NCBI GenBank assembly: GCA_963765675.1
Contig: CAVXXK010000001.1
Coordinates: 1,440,001 to 1,504,000 of the forward strand
Length of the DNA stretch: 64,000 bases
From: an uncultured delta proteobacterium
GTDB taxonomy: Bacteria > Desulfobacterota > Binatia > Binatales > Binataceae
Reading direction: 5' to 3'
Of this stretch, positions 1 through 8,909 are shown one piece after another. Every line of letters begins with the position of its first letter. Positions within the stretch are counted from its first letter, which is position 1. Below the pieces are notes generated by a model, which ran no database searches, was not told the origin of the DNA, and worked only from the letters and a program-made list of their open reading frames with translations. A program made the position numbers and the translations under genes.

Positions 1-291
1 GCGGTCACGTTTTTGTCCGCATTCGCCAAAACGGGCGTGACGATGGGCCCGAGCTTTTGGTCGCTGCTCGCTTCATCGGAGATCGCGAACGCCGGCTGGG
101 CCCTGGGACTCCTTTTTCACGCTGATTTCGTCGCGATGTTTCAGCCGGGGGCGCACGCCAGAGGGCCGGATCTGAGAATCGCCGTGTTGGCAGTTGCCGC
201 GATGTTCGCGCTGGGGTTGCTGCTCTCGTACGGCAGCCTGAACCTTAGCTTTTTCCTGCTGAACGGTGCGCTGAAACGATCGGCCGCATGA
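1..291 (+). CDS. Membrane protein, C-terminal part (5' truncated by window edge)
   Basis: Frame open from base 1 to TGA 289-291; hydrophobic TM-like segments. Confidence 0.55.
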   Translation, partial: AVTFLSAFAKTGVTMGPSFWSLLASSEIANAGWALGLLFHADFVAMFQPGAHARGPDLRIAVLAVAAMFALGLLLSYGSLNLSFFLLNGALKRSAA

Positions 292-370
292 TTGATCCGC
301 GGACCTCATCGCCGACGCTCTCAAATATTGTTAATATCGAGTTTCCGATCGGATGGAGGAAGGTGGGGTG

Positions 371-556
371 ATGAAAGCTGGCGAGCGCGAAGACGAACTT
401 CAACGGGCGATCGGAACCGGGGACGCGGAGAGTTGCGCGCTCGAGCCGGGCGCGGTAGCGTGCGACGCATGCGGCGCCGCGATGAAGCCGATGGGGCACT
501 GCAAGTACTGGTGCCTGCGCTGCGGATTCTTGCGCACCTGCAACGACACGATGTGA
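371..556 (+). CDS. Small Cys-rich zinc-finger protein (CxxC...HCKYxCxxCG..C, HVO_2523-like)
   Basis: CDACGAAMKPMGHCKYWCLRCGFLRTCND; GGAGG at 355-359 upstream of ATG 371. Confidence 0.7.
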   Translation: MKAGEREDELQRAIGTGDAESCALEPGAVACDACGAAMKPMGHCKYWCLRCGFLRTCNDTM

Positions 557-584
557 CCGCGCGCGTGTCCGCGTAACACAACAC

Positions 585-2153
585 TCAGAACATAAACGTG
601 ATCGGCATCGCAATCGCCGCAATCCAGGCGAACCACGCCGATTCAACCAGCGCGATCACGAGCAGATTGTTCGATCGCGAGTAAGTCGAAACCGCGAAAA
701 TCTCGAACGCGATAAACTGGAAGATCATGATCGACAAGGTCAGCATCAGCACACCGGGAAGAATCCGCAGCGAGACTCCGATGATCAGCATCACGACAAT
801 AACCGCGCGCCCGATCACGCACGCCATAGTCGATTCGACCAGTCCTCCGCGGCGCAGCAGCCACTCGAAGGAAAAGAAGAACGGCAGCACAATCACGGTG
901 CCCGCTATGGTCGCGAGCAGGCGCTCTGGCGTCGGCGCGAGCGTGTGAAACACCTCGCCAAACGGCATCTGCAGCACATAGATCGCGCCGAAAGCCAGAA
1001 ACGCGGCTAGCGCCGTGCGTCTGGCGCCTGCGGCGACTCCCAGCCAATCGATCATCGAGCGCGCGGCCATCAGCGCGAGCAGCGCTCCGCCCGCAATTCC
1101 CAGCCACGCGAACAGATCGTCGCCGACGATCAGCGAAACGAAATACGCCGGCTCACCGACCGCCATAAACGGCATCACGATCAGCAGTGCGATCGCGATC
1201 GCGGGCAAACTCAGCCACATGATCGAGCCGGAGGGGCGGCGAAGCATCTCGGGCGCGATCGCCCCGGCGATTTGGCCGATCCCAATCAGCACGATCAGGA
1301 ACGCGAGCATCCCGACCGCGGCAGCGCGCAGGCGCGCTGTCTCGAGACGATAGGGCGCGGTGCGTTGTGTGCCGAAAATACTATCGAGCCAGCCGAGAAT
1401 CGTGGCGGCGGCGGCAGTCGAGCGCGTGATCGTAATATGATTGGTGTCAGGAATCCGCACCGCTTCGAGCGCGGTACCGCTGGCGGCGTCGCCGTAGACC
1501 TTTCCCAGCTCGATCGTTACGGTACCAGCCAGAATTCCCGCGATCTGTTTGGAGCTGTCCTGAATGAACTCGGGATCGTTTTGCGCGAAGATGAATAGCG
1601 TGTTGCGCGGATGATCGGGGCCGTCGAGCCGAAAGCCGCCCGAGATCATTACTGAACCCTTGATATTCGGGTCGTGCGTCGCGTAGTCGAGTGCGGCGTT
1701 CGCGCCCATTGAATGACCGATCACGACGATCCGCGAACCATCGACGTAGCTCGAAGTGCGCAGAAAATTCACCGCCGTGGTCAGGTCCTGACGCAGGGTC
1801 TCCGAGCCGAAATTGCGCGCGAACGGATTGCGGTTATGGCCGTGTCCGCGCAAATCGATCGTCAAACAGGCGTATCCGTTTCGCGCGATCCGGCGCGCCA
1901 GCACGCTCATCAACGCGCGGTCCGAGGAAAATCCATGGACCAGCAACACCGCGGGGCGGCGTTTGTCGGGCGGCAGCGGCTGGAGCGCGAAAAATGGATT
2001 TCCGGAGCCGGGCAGATAGAGCGTGGCCGGAATTCCTCCGGTCAGCTCGAGGTCCATGTGCGGCGGGCCGCCCGTCTGCATCGACGCAAATCTCCACGCC
2101 TCGACCAGCAGGATCAGAAACGCGATCGCGCATACGACTTTTAAGATTCGCAT
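585..2153 (-). CDS. Alpha/beta-hydrolase with N-terminal anchor and C-terminal multi-pass membrane domain
   Basis: LVHGFS, DLRGHG, GHSMG nucleophile elbow; several hydrophobic helices in C-terminal half. Confidence 0.85.
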   Translation of the reverse strand: MRILKVVCAIAFLILLVEAWRFASMQTGGPPHMDLELTGGIPATLYLPGSGNPFFALQPLPPDKRRPAVLLVHGFSSDRALMSVLARRIARNGYACLTIDLRGHGHNRNPFARNFGSETLRQDLTTAVNFLRTSSYVDGSRIVVIGHSMGANAALDYATHDPNIKGSVMISGGFRLDGPDHPRNTLFIFAQNDPEFIQDSSKQIAGILAGTVTIELGKVYGDAASGTALEAVRIPDTNHITITRSTAAAATILGWLDSIFGTQRTAPYRLETARLRAAAVGMLAFLIVLIGIGQIAGAIAPEMLRRPSGSIMWLSLPAIAIALLIVMPFMAVGEPAYFVSLIVGDDLFAWLGIAGGALLALMAARSMIDWLGVAAGARRTALAAFLAFGAIYVLQMPFGEVFHTLAPTPERLLATIAGTVIVLPFFFSFEWLLRRGGLVESTMACVIGRAVIVVMLIIGVSLRILPGVLMLTLSIMIFQFIAFEIFAVSTYSRSNNLLVIALVESAWFAWIAAIAMPITFMF

Positions 2154-2215
2154 TGGGCGATAAAACGGCTTGGGGGCCGCTAAGTCAAGCTTCGCAATTG
2201 GTTCAGCGCGGACGA

Positions 2216-3499
2216 TTACTTGATCCGGCGCGTCGGTGCGGCGCGCTCTGCGTGTGCGAAGCCGCGCGTGATCGCGTCTTCGCCGAAGCGCGCGGCGACC
2301 GCGTCGAGCGCGCGATTGAGCCGCGCACGCCGGGCTGCGTTTACGCCCGACTCGTCGAAAAGTCCGAGCTGCGGTGCGGATGCGCCGGACTCGACGCTGC
2401 CGCGCTCGAGGTTATGCACCTGCACGCCGGCCAGCCGAATTCGATCGCGGGCAGGGACCTTCGCGAGCAATTCGATCGCGGCGTTCGTGATCGCGCCGCC
2501 GTCGTCGCTCGGATTCTCCAGCGTTACGCTGCGGGTCAGAATCGGATAGCGCCCCTGTCCGAGCGGCCGTGCGAGCTTGAGCTTCAGCACGACAGTGCGC
2601 GCGCGGACCGAGTCGGCGCGCAGCCGGCGGCCGATAGCCTCGCCGTGCGCGATCAAAATCCGGCGCAGGTCGTTGGACTTGAGTTCGAGGTCGCGCGCGA
2701 AAGTGTTTTCCTCGCCATAAGATTTACGCTGCCAGTCGGCGACCACCTCGCGCGGGTCGTTTCCGCTTGCCAGCTCATGCAGGCGCTGGCCCTGAGAGCC
2801 GAACGACTCGCGCAGTTCGGCCGCGTCGCGCCGAGCGAGGTCGCCGATCGTGCGGATGCCGCGCTCGTGCATGCGCGCAAGCGTGACGCGGCCGACTCCC
2901 CAAAGCCTCTCGACTGGCAGCGGTTCGAGGAACTCGCGCAGATACTCCGGACCCAGGATCAGCAGGCCGTCGGGTTTCGACATGTCGGAGAGAATCTTCG
3001 CGGCCATCTTGGTGCTGGCGACGCCGACCGAAACCACCAGCCCGGTTTCTTCACGCACGCGGCGCTTGAGCGCGCGGGCTACTTCGATTGGCGCTCCGAG
3101 CAGGCGCGCGGTCCCGGTCAGATCGATAAACGCCTCGTCGAGCGACAACGGCTCGACGATTGGGCTGGTCGCGTCGAACGCGCGGCGCACCATCCGCGAG
3201 ATCTCGATGTAACGCTTCATGCGCCCAGGGACGAACACCGCCTGCGGGCAGAGTTTGCGCGCCTGCGCCGTCGGCATCGCGGCGCGCACGCCGAACTTGC
3301 GCGCTTCATAAGATGCGGAGGTCACGACGCCGCGCGCGCTGTGTCCGCCGACGATTACCGGCAATCCGGCGAGCGCGGGATTATCGAGGATCTCGACCGA
3401 GGCGTAGAACGCGTCCATGTCGGCATGAGCGATCACGCGCGGCCACGGAGCGTCCGCACCGGAGATTTCGCTGCGCGGCGCCATCGCGCCCATTATCAT
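2216..3499 (-). CDS. dinB: DNA polymerase IV (Y family)
   Basis: HADMDAFYASVE, SASYEARKFGV, SLDEAFIDL, SDMSKPDG motifs. Confidence 0.95.
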   Translation of the reverse strand: MIMGAMAPRSEISGADAPWPRVIAHADMDAFYASVEILDNPALAGLPVIVGGHSARGVVTSASYEARKFGVRAAMPTAQARKLCPQAVFVPGRMKRYIEISRMVRRAFDATSPIVEPLSLDEAFIDLTGTARLLGAPIEVARALKRRVREETGLVVSVGVASTKMAAKILSDMSKPDGLLILGPEYLREFLEPLPVERLWGVGRVTLARMHERGIRTIGDLARRDAAELRESFGSQGQRLHELASGNDPREVVADWQRKSYGEENTFARDLELKSNDLRRILIAHGEAIGRRLRADSVRARTVVLKLKLARPLGQGRYPILTRSVTLENPSDDGGAITNAAIELLAKVPARDRIRLAGVQVHNLERGSVESGASAPQLGLFDESGVNAARRARLNRALDAVAARFGEDAITRGFAHAERAAPTRRIK

Positions 3500-4932
3500 T
3501 GATTGCGCGCGAGCAGGTCGAGGATCGCGGCGGCCGCTTGTTCACCGCCGCGGACGCAATCCGGAATGCCGACGCCGCGATAGGCTGCGCCGGCGATAGC
3601 GAGGCGCGGAATCGCGGCGGCGGCGCGCTCGATTTCGGTAACGCGATCCAAATGACCGACCTCGTACTGCGGCATCGAGTCGGGCCATCGCCGCACGATG
3701 GCGAATGCTGGCGCGGCGGTCACCCCCAGCAGCTCGCGAAACTCGTCGCGCGCGGCCGCGATCATCGCGTCATCGTCAAGCTGCATCATCGCGGTCTGCA
3801 GTTGTCCGCCGATAAAGACGCGGGCGAGGATCATTCCCGCGGGTGCGCGATTCTCAAATTTCAGGCTGGTGAAGCTGCCGGCGATAATCCGGCGGCGCTC
3901 GATTATCGGCACGACGAAGCCGAAACTATTTGGTGGCGCGGGAAAGTCGCTCTCGCGAAACGCCATATTAACTGTGGCGGCGCTCGCGTAGCTGATCGCG
4001 CCGAGCAGATCGGCCAGGCGCGGGTCGGCGGCGCGGATCATCCGCGCGGCGGCGTAGGCGGGCGCGGCGCAGATCGCGGCATCGGCGGAAATCGGCTCGC
4101 CGCTCTCGGTGACGATCGTGCATCCGTCGGTGCGCGGCGCGATCTCCTTCACCTCGACGCCGAGTCTCACGCACTCGCCCAGGCTGGCGGCGAGGGCCTC
4201 GGGCAGCGCGCCGATCCCGTCGCGCAGCGTCGCGAACAGGGTCCATCGCGCACCGCTGGTGCCGAGCGCGCGAGCAAACGTGCCGACGGCCTTGGTGCGC
4301 TTGCGCTCCGCGATGCGCAATCCGCGAATCACGCTGCCGTAGCGCTGTTCCATTTCGACGAAGCGCGGGGTCGTCGCCGCGATACTCAAGCGCGAGGGAT
4401 CGGCGGTATAGATTCCGCCGGCGAGCGGCTGCGCGACGCGATCGAGCACCTCGCGTCCGAGCCGGCGGGTGACGAATGCTGCCAGACTTTCGTCGCGCCG
4501 GTCTTTTCGCTTTGGCACCAAGGGTTCGAGTGCGATTCGGAGTTTGGCTGCAGGCGAGAACAGCGCGCTCTTCATCACCGGACCAAGCCGCGACGGCGCC
4601 ATCAGCGAGAAGCCGTCGGGGATATCAATCAGGCGGCCGTCGTGAACCACCCGCGTGCGACGAAATTCCTCACGAGTAGGAATGAGCTCGTCGCCAAGGC
4701 CGAGGCGTCGCGCGAGCTCACCGGCCTGCGGTTTCTCGGTCAGGAAGGAATCCGCGCCGGTCTCGATCGTGAATCCGTCTCGGCGCACGGTGGCCAGCGG
4801 TCCGCCGATTTGCGCGGCGCGATCGAGCACGATCACTTCAAGAGGGAAATCGCGCTCGGCCGAGAGCTCACGCATCCGATGAGCCGCGGCAAGTCCGGTT
4901 ATTCCGGCGCCGATTACGACCACTCGATGCAT
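3496..4932 (-). CDS. hemY: Proto/coproporphyrinogen oxidase, HemY type
   Basis: VIGAGITGLAAA FAD motif, ETGADSF, MPQYEVGH, GVGIPDCV; next to hemH. Confidence 0.93.
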   Translation of the reverse strand: MHRVVVIGAGITGLAAAHRMRELSAERDFPLEVIVLDRAAQIGGPLATVRRDGFTIETGADSFLTEKPQAGELARRLGLGDELIPTREEFRRTRVVHDGRLIDIPDGFSLMAPSRLGPVMKSALFSPAAKLRIALEPLVPKRKDRRDESLAAFVTRRLGREVLDRVAQPLAGGIYTADPSRLSIAATTPRFVEMEQRYGSVIRGLRIAERKRTKAVGTFARALGTSGARWTLFATLRDGIGALPEALAASLGECVRLGVEVKEIAPRTDGCTIVTESGEPISADAAICAAPAYAAARMIRAADPRLADLLGAISYASAATVNMAFRESDFPAPPNSFGFVVPIIERRRIIAGSFTSLKFENRAPAGMILARVFIGGQLQTAMMQLDDDAMIAAARDEFRELLGVTAAPAFAIVRRWPDSMPQYEVGHLDRVTEIERAAAAIPRLAIAGAAYRGVGIPDCVRGGEQAAAAILDLLARNQ

Positions 4933-4936
4933 GGTG

Positions 4937-5869
4937 TTATTCGATGCGCGCGTGACGGCGAACGATCTCGGCTATTATCGCGATAAACTCCGGATGGTCA
5001 CTGACCGTGCCTGTGCGATACATCCGAACGCCGGTCTCGTGCGCGATCGCGGCGGCTTCGATATCGAGGTCGTACAGCACCTCGACGTGGTCGCAGAGAA
5101 ATCCGATTGGGACGACGACGGCGATCGCGTCGCGGCCGAGCTTGCGCAGCGCTGCGCCGATATCGGGTTCGAGCCACGGATCGCGCGGGCTTCCGCTGCG
5201 GCTCTGAAAGGCGAGCGTCCAATTTTCAAATCCGAGTTTCGCTGCGACCAGGCGCGACGACTCGGTGAGTTGCTCGACGTACGGAGATGCCGCCGCCATC
5301 GCGACCGGGATGCTGTGGGCGGTAAAAATGAGCTGCGCGCGTGCGCGATCGGAGGCATCCAGATGCGCCAGCGTCTCGGTGACGCGGGCGGCGACCGCGG
5401 CGATAAATTTCGGATGCGCGAACCACGGCTCGGGGTAAATGATCTCGGGAGCGCGGCCGCTCAGTTTTCCGGCGGCCGCGCGAACAGTTTCCTGGTAGCG
5501 CTCGAAGCTGGCTTCGCTGCGATACGCCGCCATGATGAACGCGAGGACGCGTCGCGCGCCGCCGTGCGCGAGAGTCGCGAGTGCGTCGTCAACGTACGGT
5601 TGCCAGTTGCGCATCCCGACTGCGACAGGAATCCCGAGTCCGGTGCGCGCAAGCTCGGCGCGCAACGCGTCGGCCTGGCGCATCGTCAAATCGTTATACG
5701 GCGAGCGTCCGCCGAGCATCTCGTAGTGACGTACGACATCTTCGTAGCGCGCGCGCGGGACGGGCCGTCCGCGCAGTACGTTGTCCAGGAACGGACGGAT
5801 TTCCTCGGCGCGCGTTGGTCCGCCAAACCCGACGATCAAAACCGCGTCGACGCCGCGCGGCTCGCTCAC
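4937..5869 (-). CDS. hemH: Ferrochelatase
   Basis: GFGGP, GMRNWQPY, FTAHSIP, FQSRSG..PWLEPD, GFLCDHVEVLYDLD. Confidence 0.95.
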   Translation of the reverse strand: MSEPRGVDAVLIVGFGGPTRAEEIRPFLDNVLRGRPVPRARYEDVVRHYEMLGGRSPYNDLTMRQADALRAELARTGLGIPVAVGMRNWQPYVDDALATLAHGGARRVLAFIMAAYRSEASFERYQETVRAAAGKLSGRAPEIIYPEPWFAHPKFIAAVAARVTETLAHLDASDRARAQLIFTAHSIPVAMAAASPYVEQLTESSRLVAAKLGFENWTLAFQSRSGSPRDPWLEPDIGAALRKLGRDAIAVVVPIGFLCDHVEVLYDLDIEAAAIAHETGVRMYRTGTVSDHPEFIAIIAEIVRRHARIE

Positions 5870-7842
5870 TTATCTCTCCCACTGAGCTCGTGGACCGCGT
5901 CCACCAGTGCGATAACGTGATCGACCGGAGTGTCGGGCAGGATTCCATGGCCGAGATTGAAGATGTGCCCGGGGCGCCCGCCCGCGAGATCGAGGATCGC
6001 GCGCGCACGCGAGCGGATCTCCGGCACCGCGGCGAACAGCGCGATCGGATCGAGGTTTCCCTGGACGGCGACATCGTAGCCGAGCCGCTTCCACGCTTCA
6101 GCAAGATCGACGCGCCAATCCAGTCCTATAACGTCGCCGCCCGCCTCGCGCATCAGCTCGAGGAGATTTCCCGTGATCGTTCCGAAGTGGATAACGGGAA
6201 TTCCCGGCTTTACGCTGGCGATAATCGACGCGGTATGCGGCAGCACGAAGCGGCGGTAGTCGTCGGGGCCAAGGCTGCCGACCCAGCTATCGAAAAGCTG
6301 CACGATACTCGCGCCCGCGGCGACCTGCATATTCAGGTAGTCGATCGTGACGCGCGCGAGCAGATCCATCAGGCGATGCCACGTGTCCGGGTCGTTGTAC
6401 ATCAGGGTTTTAGTCGCCTGATATTGGCGCGACGTGCCGCCTTCGATCAGATAGGACGCGAGCGTGAATGGGGCGCCGGCGAATCCGATGATCGGAGTTT
6501 TCGCACCGATCGCGCGATCGACCAGTTTGATCGATTCCGCGACAAAACCGAGTGCGCTCGCGTCGAGGCGCGGCACGCGGTCGAGATCGGCTGCAGTGCG
6601 AATCGGACGGTCGATAATCGGACCGTCACCCTTCTCGTAATGCAGTCCCACGTCCATCGCAATGAGCGGCAGCAAAATATCCGCGAAGATAATCGCGGCG
6701 TCCACCCCGAGCCGCTCGACCGCCGTTACAGTGACTTCGGCGGCAAGCTGCGGGCGCATGCAAAGCTCCAGAAAATCATGCTGTTCGCGGACCTTGCGAT
6801 ACTCGGGCATATAGCGTCCGGCCTGGCGCAGCAGCCAGACGGGAGTGTAATCGGCAGCCTCGCGGCGGCATGCGCGCAGCATGGGATGATCCCAGTGCCG
6901 CAGATTCTGCGCATTCTCGTTGAGGCGCGAAGTTCTGGGCGCGATTGAAATTTTGGCGTGCGATGCCACGCGCCGCTTGTCCGCCACGATCGCGGATGCG
7001 CGCGCGACGGCGTCTTTCACCAGATGGCCGAGCCGCGGATGCTGGGGCTCGAAGTCCACCGCGATTCGGTGCGCGCGCAACTCTTCGCTGCAGACCGGGC
7101 CTATCGATCCGACCGCCATCGCTGCCAGTCCGCGCCGCACCTCGGCGTCGATTCCGTCCGCCTGCGCGACCTGCATCACGTTGATGACCTGATGCGAGCT
7201 GGTGAAGATCGCGGCGTCGGCGCGGCGCTCGGCGATCGCACGCAGCGCGGCCCGAAGCGGCTCGAGGTCGGTCGGCATCGTCCATCGATAAACCGGCACG
7301 ACGGCGACCTGCGCACCGCGCGCCTCGAGTCCCGCGATCAGATCGCTGTTGGAGACGCCGTATTCCTGCACCGCGACTCGCGCGCCGCGAAGGTCTCGAT
7401 ACGCGGCCAGCGCGGCTAGCAGCTCGCGCGAGGTATTGGGTTCGGGCGTGGTGACGGTAGGCTCGATTTCCAGATCGCGCAGCGCGCGGGCAGGTTTGGG
7501 TCCGCGAACCACAGTTACTATCCCGCGGAGTGCGGCGACCAACGCGGCGCGCGGATGACGCGATTCAATCACCTGGAAAAGCGCGCGCGTGCCGACACCG
7601 GTTAAGAAAATCGCAACGTCGATTTCGCCTCCGAGCAGGCGTTCGGCGAAATCGAACGCGGCGGGATTTTCGCCGAGCGGGACCTCGCGCATCGCCGGTG
7701 CGACAATCGCGACCGCGCCGCCGCGCGTGATAAGCGCGGCCGCCTCCGCCGCCATCCTGCTCTCGAACGCGACGATACGCACGGGCGGCACTTCGGCGGC
7801 AGGAGCGCGGTCAGCGGGATTCGGTTGCGTGGGAGATTCCAT
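5866..7842 (-). CDS. hemE: Fused uroporphyrinogen-III synthase (HemD) / uroporphyrinogen decarboxylase (HemE)
   Basis: N-half FLTGVG, VRGPKP, VYRW, SIGPVCS (HemD); C-half PVWLLRQAGRYMPEY, IGFAGAPFTLASY, QGNLDP, HIFNLGHGI (HemE); ATG 7842 chosen as start. Confidence 0.92.
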   Translation of the reverse strand: MESPTQPNPADRAPAAEVPPVRIVAFESRMAAEAAALITRGGAVAIVAPAMREVPLGENPAAFDFAERLLGGEIDVAIFLTGVGTRALFQVIESRHPRAALVAALRGIVTVVRGPKPARALRDLEIEPTVTTPEPNTSRELLAALAAYRDLRGARVAVQEYGVSNSDLIAGLEARGAQVAVVPVYRWTMPTDLEPLRAALRAIAERRADAAIFTSSHQVINVMQVAQADGIDAEVRRGLAAMAVGSIGPVCSEELRAHRIAVDFEPQHPRLGHLVKDAVARASAIVADKRRVASHAKISIAPRTSRLNENAQNLRHWDHPMLRACRREAADYTPVWLLRQAGRYMPEYRKVREQHDFLELCMRPQLAAEVTVTAVERLGVDAAIIFADILLPLIAMDVGLHYEKGDGPIIDRPIRTAADLDRVPRLDASALGFVAESIKLVDRAIGAKTPIIGFAGAPFTLASYLIEGGTSRQYQATKTLMYNDPDTWHRLMDLLARVTIDYLNMQVAAGASIVQLFDSWVGSLGPDDYRRFVLPHTASIIASVKPGIPVIHFGTITGNLLELMREAGGDVIGLDWRVDLAEAWKRLGYDVAVQGNLDPIALFAAVPEIRSRARAILDLAGGRPGHIFNLGHGILPDTPVDHVIALVDAVHELSGRDK

Positions 7843-7946
7843 CCATACCTGGCGCGGCGCAGCGCGACATGAGGTTATCTTGCCGCGCGCGCCGCGCCCA
7901 AGTCCACCGGACGTGGGAATGACGACGGCAGAACGCACGGCAGCAG

Positions 7947-8036
7947 TGATACAGTGCGTGACCCTCGCGGCGCTTTGCGCACGGCGGCGCGCGTGCTAGC
8001 AATCGCAAGTTGGGTCCGCGAGACCCTACTGTATCA
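7947..8036. promoter_or_regulatory. Inverted-repeat-flanked divergent promoter region
   Basis: TGATACAGT(N8)CTCGCGG at 7947-7970 and CCGCGAG(N5)ACTGTATCA at 8016-8036 enclose TTGCGC-N16-TAGCAA. Confidence 0.35.
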
Positions 8037-8075
8037 GCCGCAAGTCGCGCCGCACGGCGCAGGGAGCATCTCACG

Positions 8076-8885
8076 ATGAAGATCCGATTCCTGGCACTGG
8101 CTATTACGATGAGCTCGATTGTTCTGGGCGCGTCGATTGCGGGCGCGCAGCAGAATCCTGCGCTGATGGCGAAGATCAATCAGACTGCGCCGATTCCCGA
8201 AGCGAAAATTCCTGCTTACATCAAGGCCGCCGTCAACTCTCCCGACCGTCCCGCCGACGACAAGGCGCTCGACGAGGGCCGCAAGCCCGAGCAGATGCTG
8301 GCGTTCTTCGGAATCAAGCCGGGGATGCAGGTCGCGGATATCTGGGCGGCAGGCGGATGGACCACGGAACTTTTGTCGCTGGTGGTCGGACCGAATGGCA
8401 AAGTCTATTCACAAAACATTCCGAAATTTCCCGCCAAGTACCAGAAGATCGCCGATCAATGGCACGCGCGCATTCACGGACTTCCGAACGTGGTCGAAGT
8501 GGCGACACCTTTTGACGCGCCGGAGCTGTTGCCGGTTGCGCCGAACAGCCTCGACGCAGTTCTGATCAACATGAACTATCACGATATGGTCGGGCTCAAG
8601 CTGGATCGCGCGAAAATCAACCAGCAGATCTTCACCGCGCTCAAGCCCGGCGGGGTTTATGGGATCGTCGATCACAGCGCGCAGGCCGGCTCGGGCGATC
8701 GCGACACGACTACGCTGCATCGCATCGACGAAAATTTCGTCATCAACGAGATCGAGAAATCGGGATTCAAGCTGGCGGCGTCGTCGAGTGCGCTGCGTCA
8801 TCCGGAAGACGATCGCACGTGGTTCGTGTTCAAGAAGCGCGGCCAGACTGATCGCTTCATGCTCAAGTTCGTAAAGCCGCGGTGA
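8076..8885 (+). CDS. Predicted class I SAM-dependent methyltransferase with signal peptide (COG4798-like)
   Basis: Signal peptide; RKPEQMLAFFGIKPGMQVADIWAAGGWTT, ALKPGGVYGIVDH, TLHRID, GQTDRFMLKFVKP. Confidence 0.85.
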   Translation: MKIRFLALAITMSSIVLGASIAGAQQNPALMAKINQTAPIPEAKIPAYIKAAVNSPDRPADDKALDEGRKPEQMLAFFGIKPGMQVADIWAAGGWTTELLSLVVGPNGKVYSQNIPKFPAKYQKIADQWHARIHGLPNVVEVATPFDAPELLPVAPNSLDAVLINMNYHDMVGLKLDRAKINQQIFTALKPGGVYGIVDHSAQAGSGDRDTTTLHRIDENFVINEIEKSGFKLAASSSALRHPEDDRTWFVFKKRGQTDRFMLKFVKPR

Positions 8886-8909
8886 CCGTTCGATCGATGG
8901 AGTAGTGCG

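Noticed and set aside
1691-6948. Long plus-strand ORFs (1691-3502, 3160-4986, 4931-5920, 5581-6948)
   Set aside because: Antisense shadows of dinB and hem genes caused by high-GC codon bias; Arg-rich with no motifs
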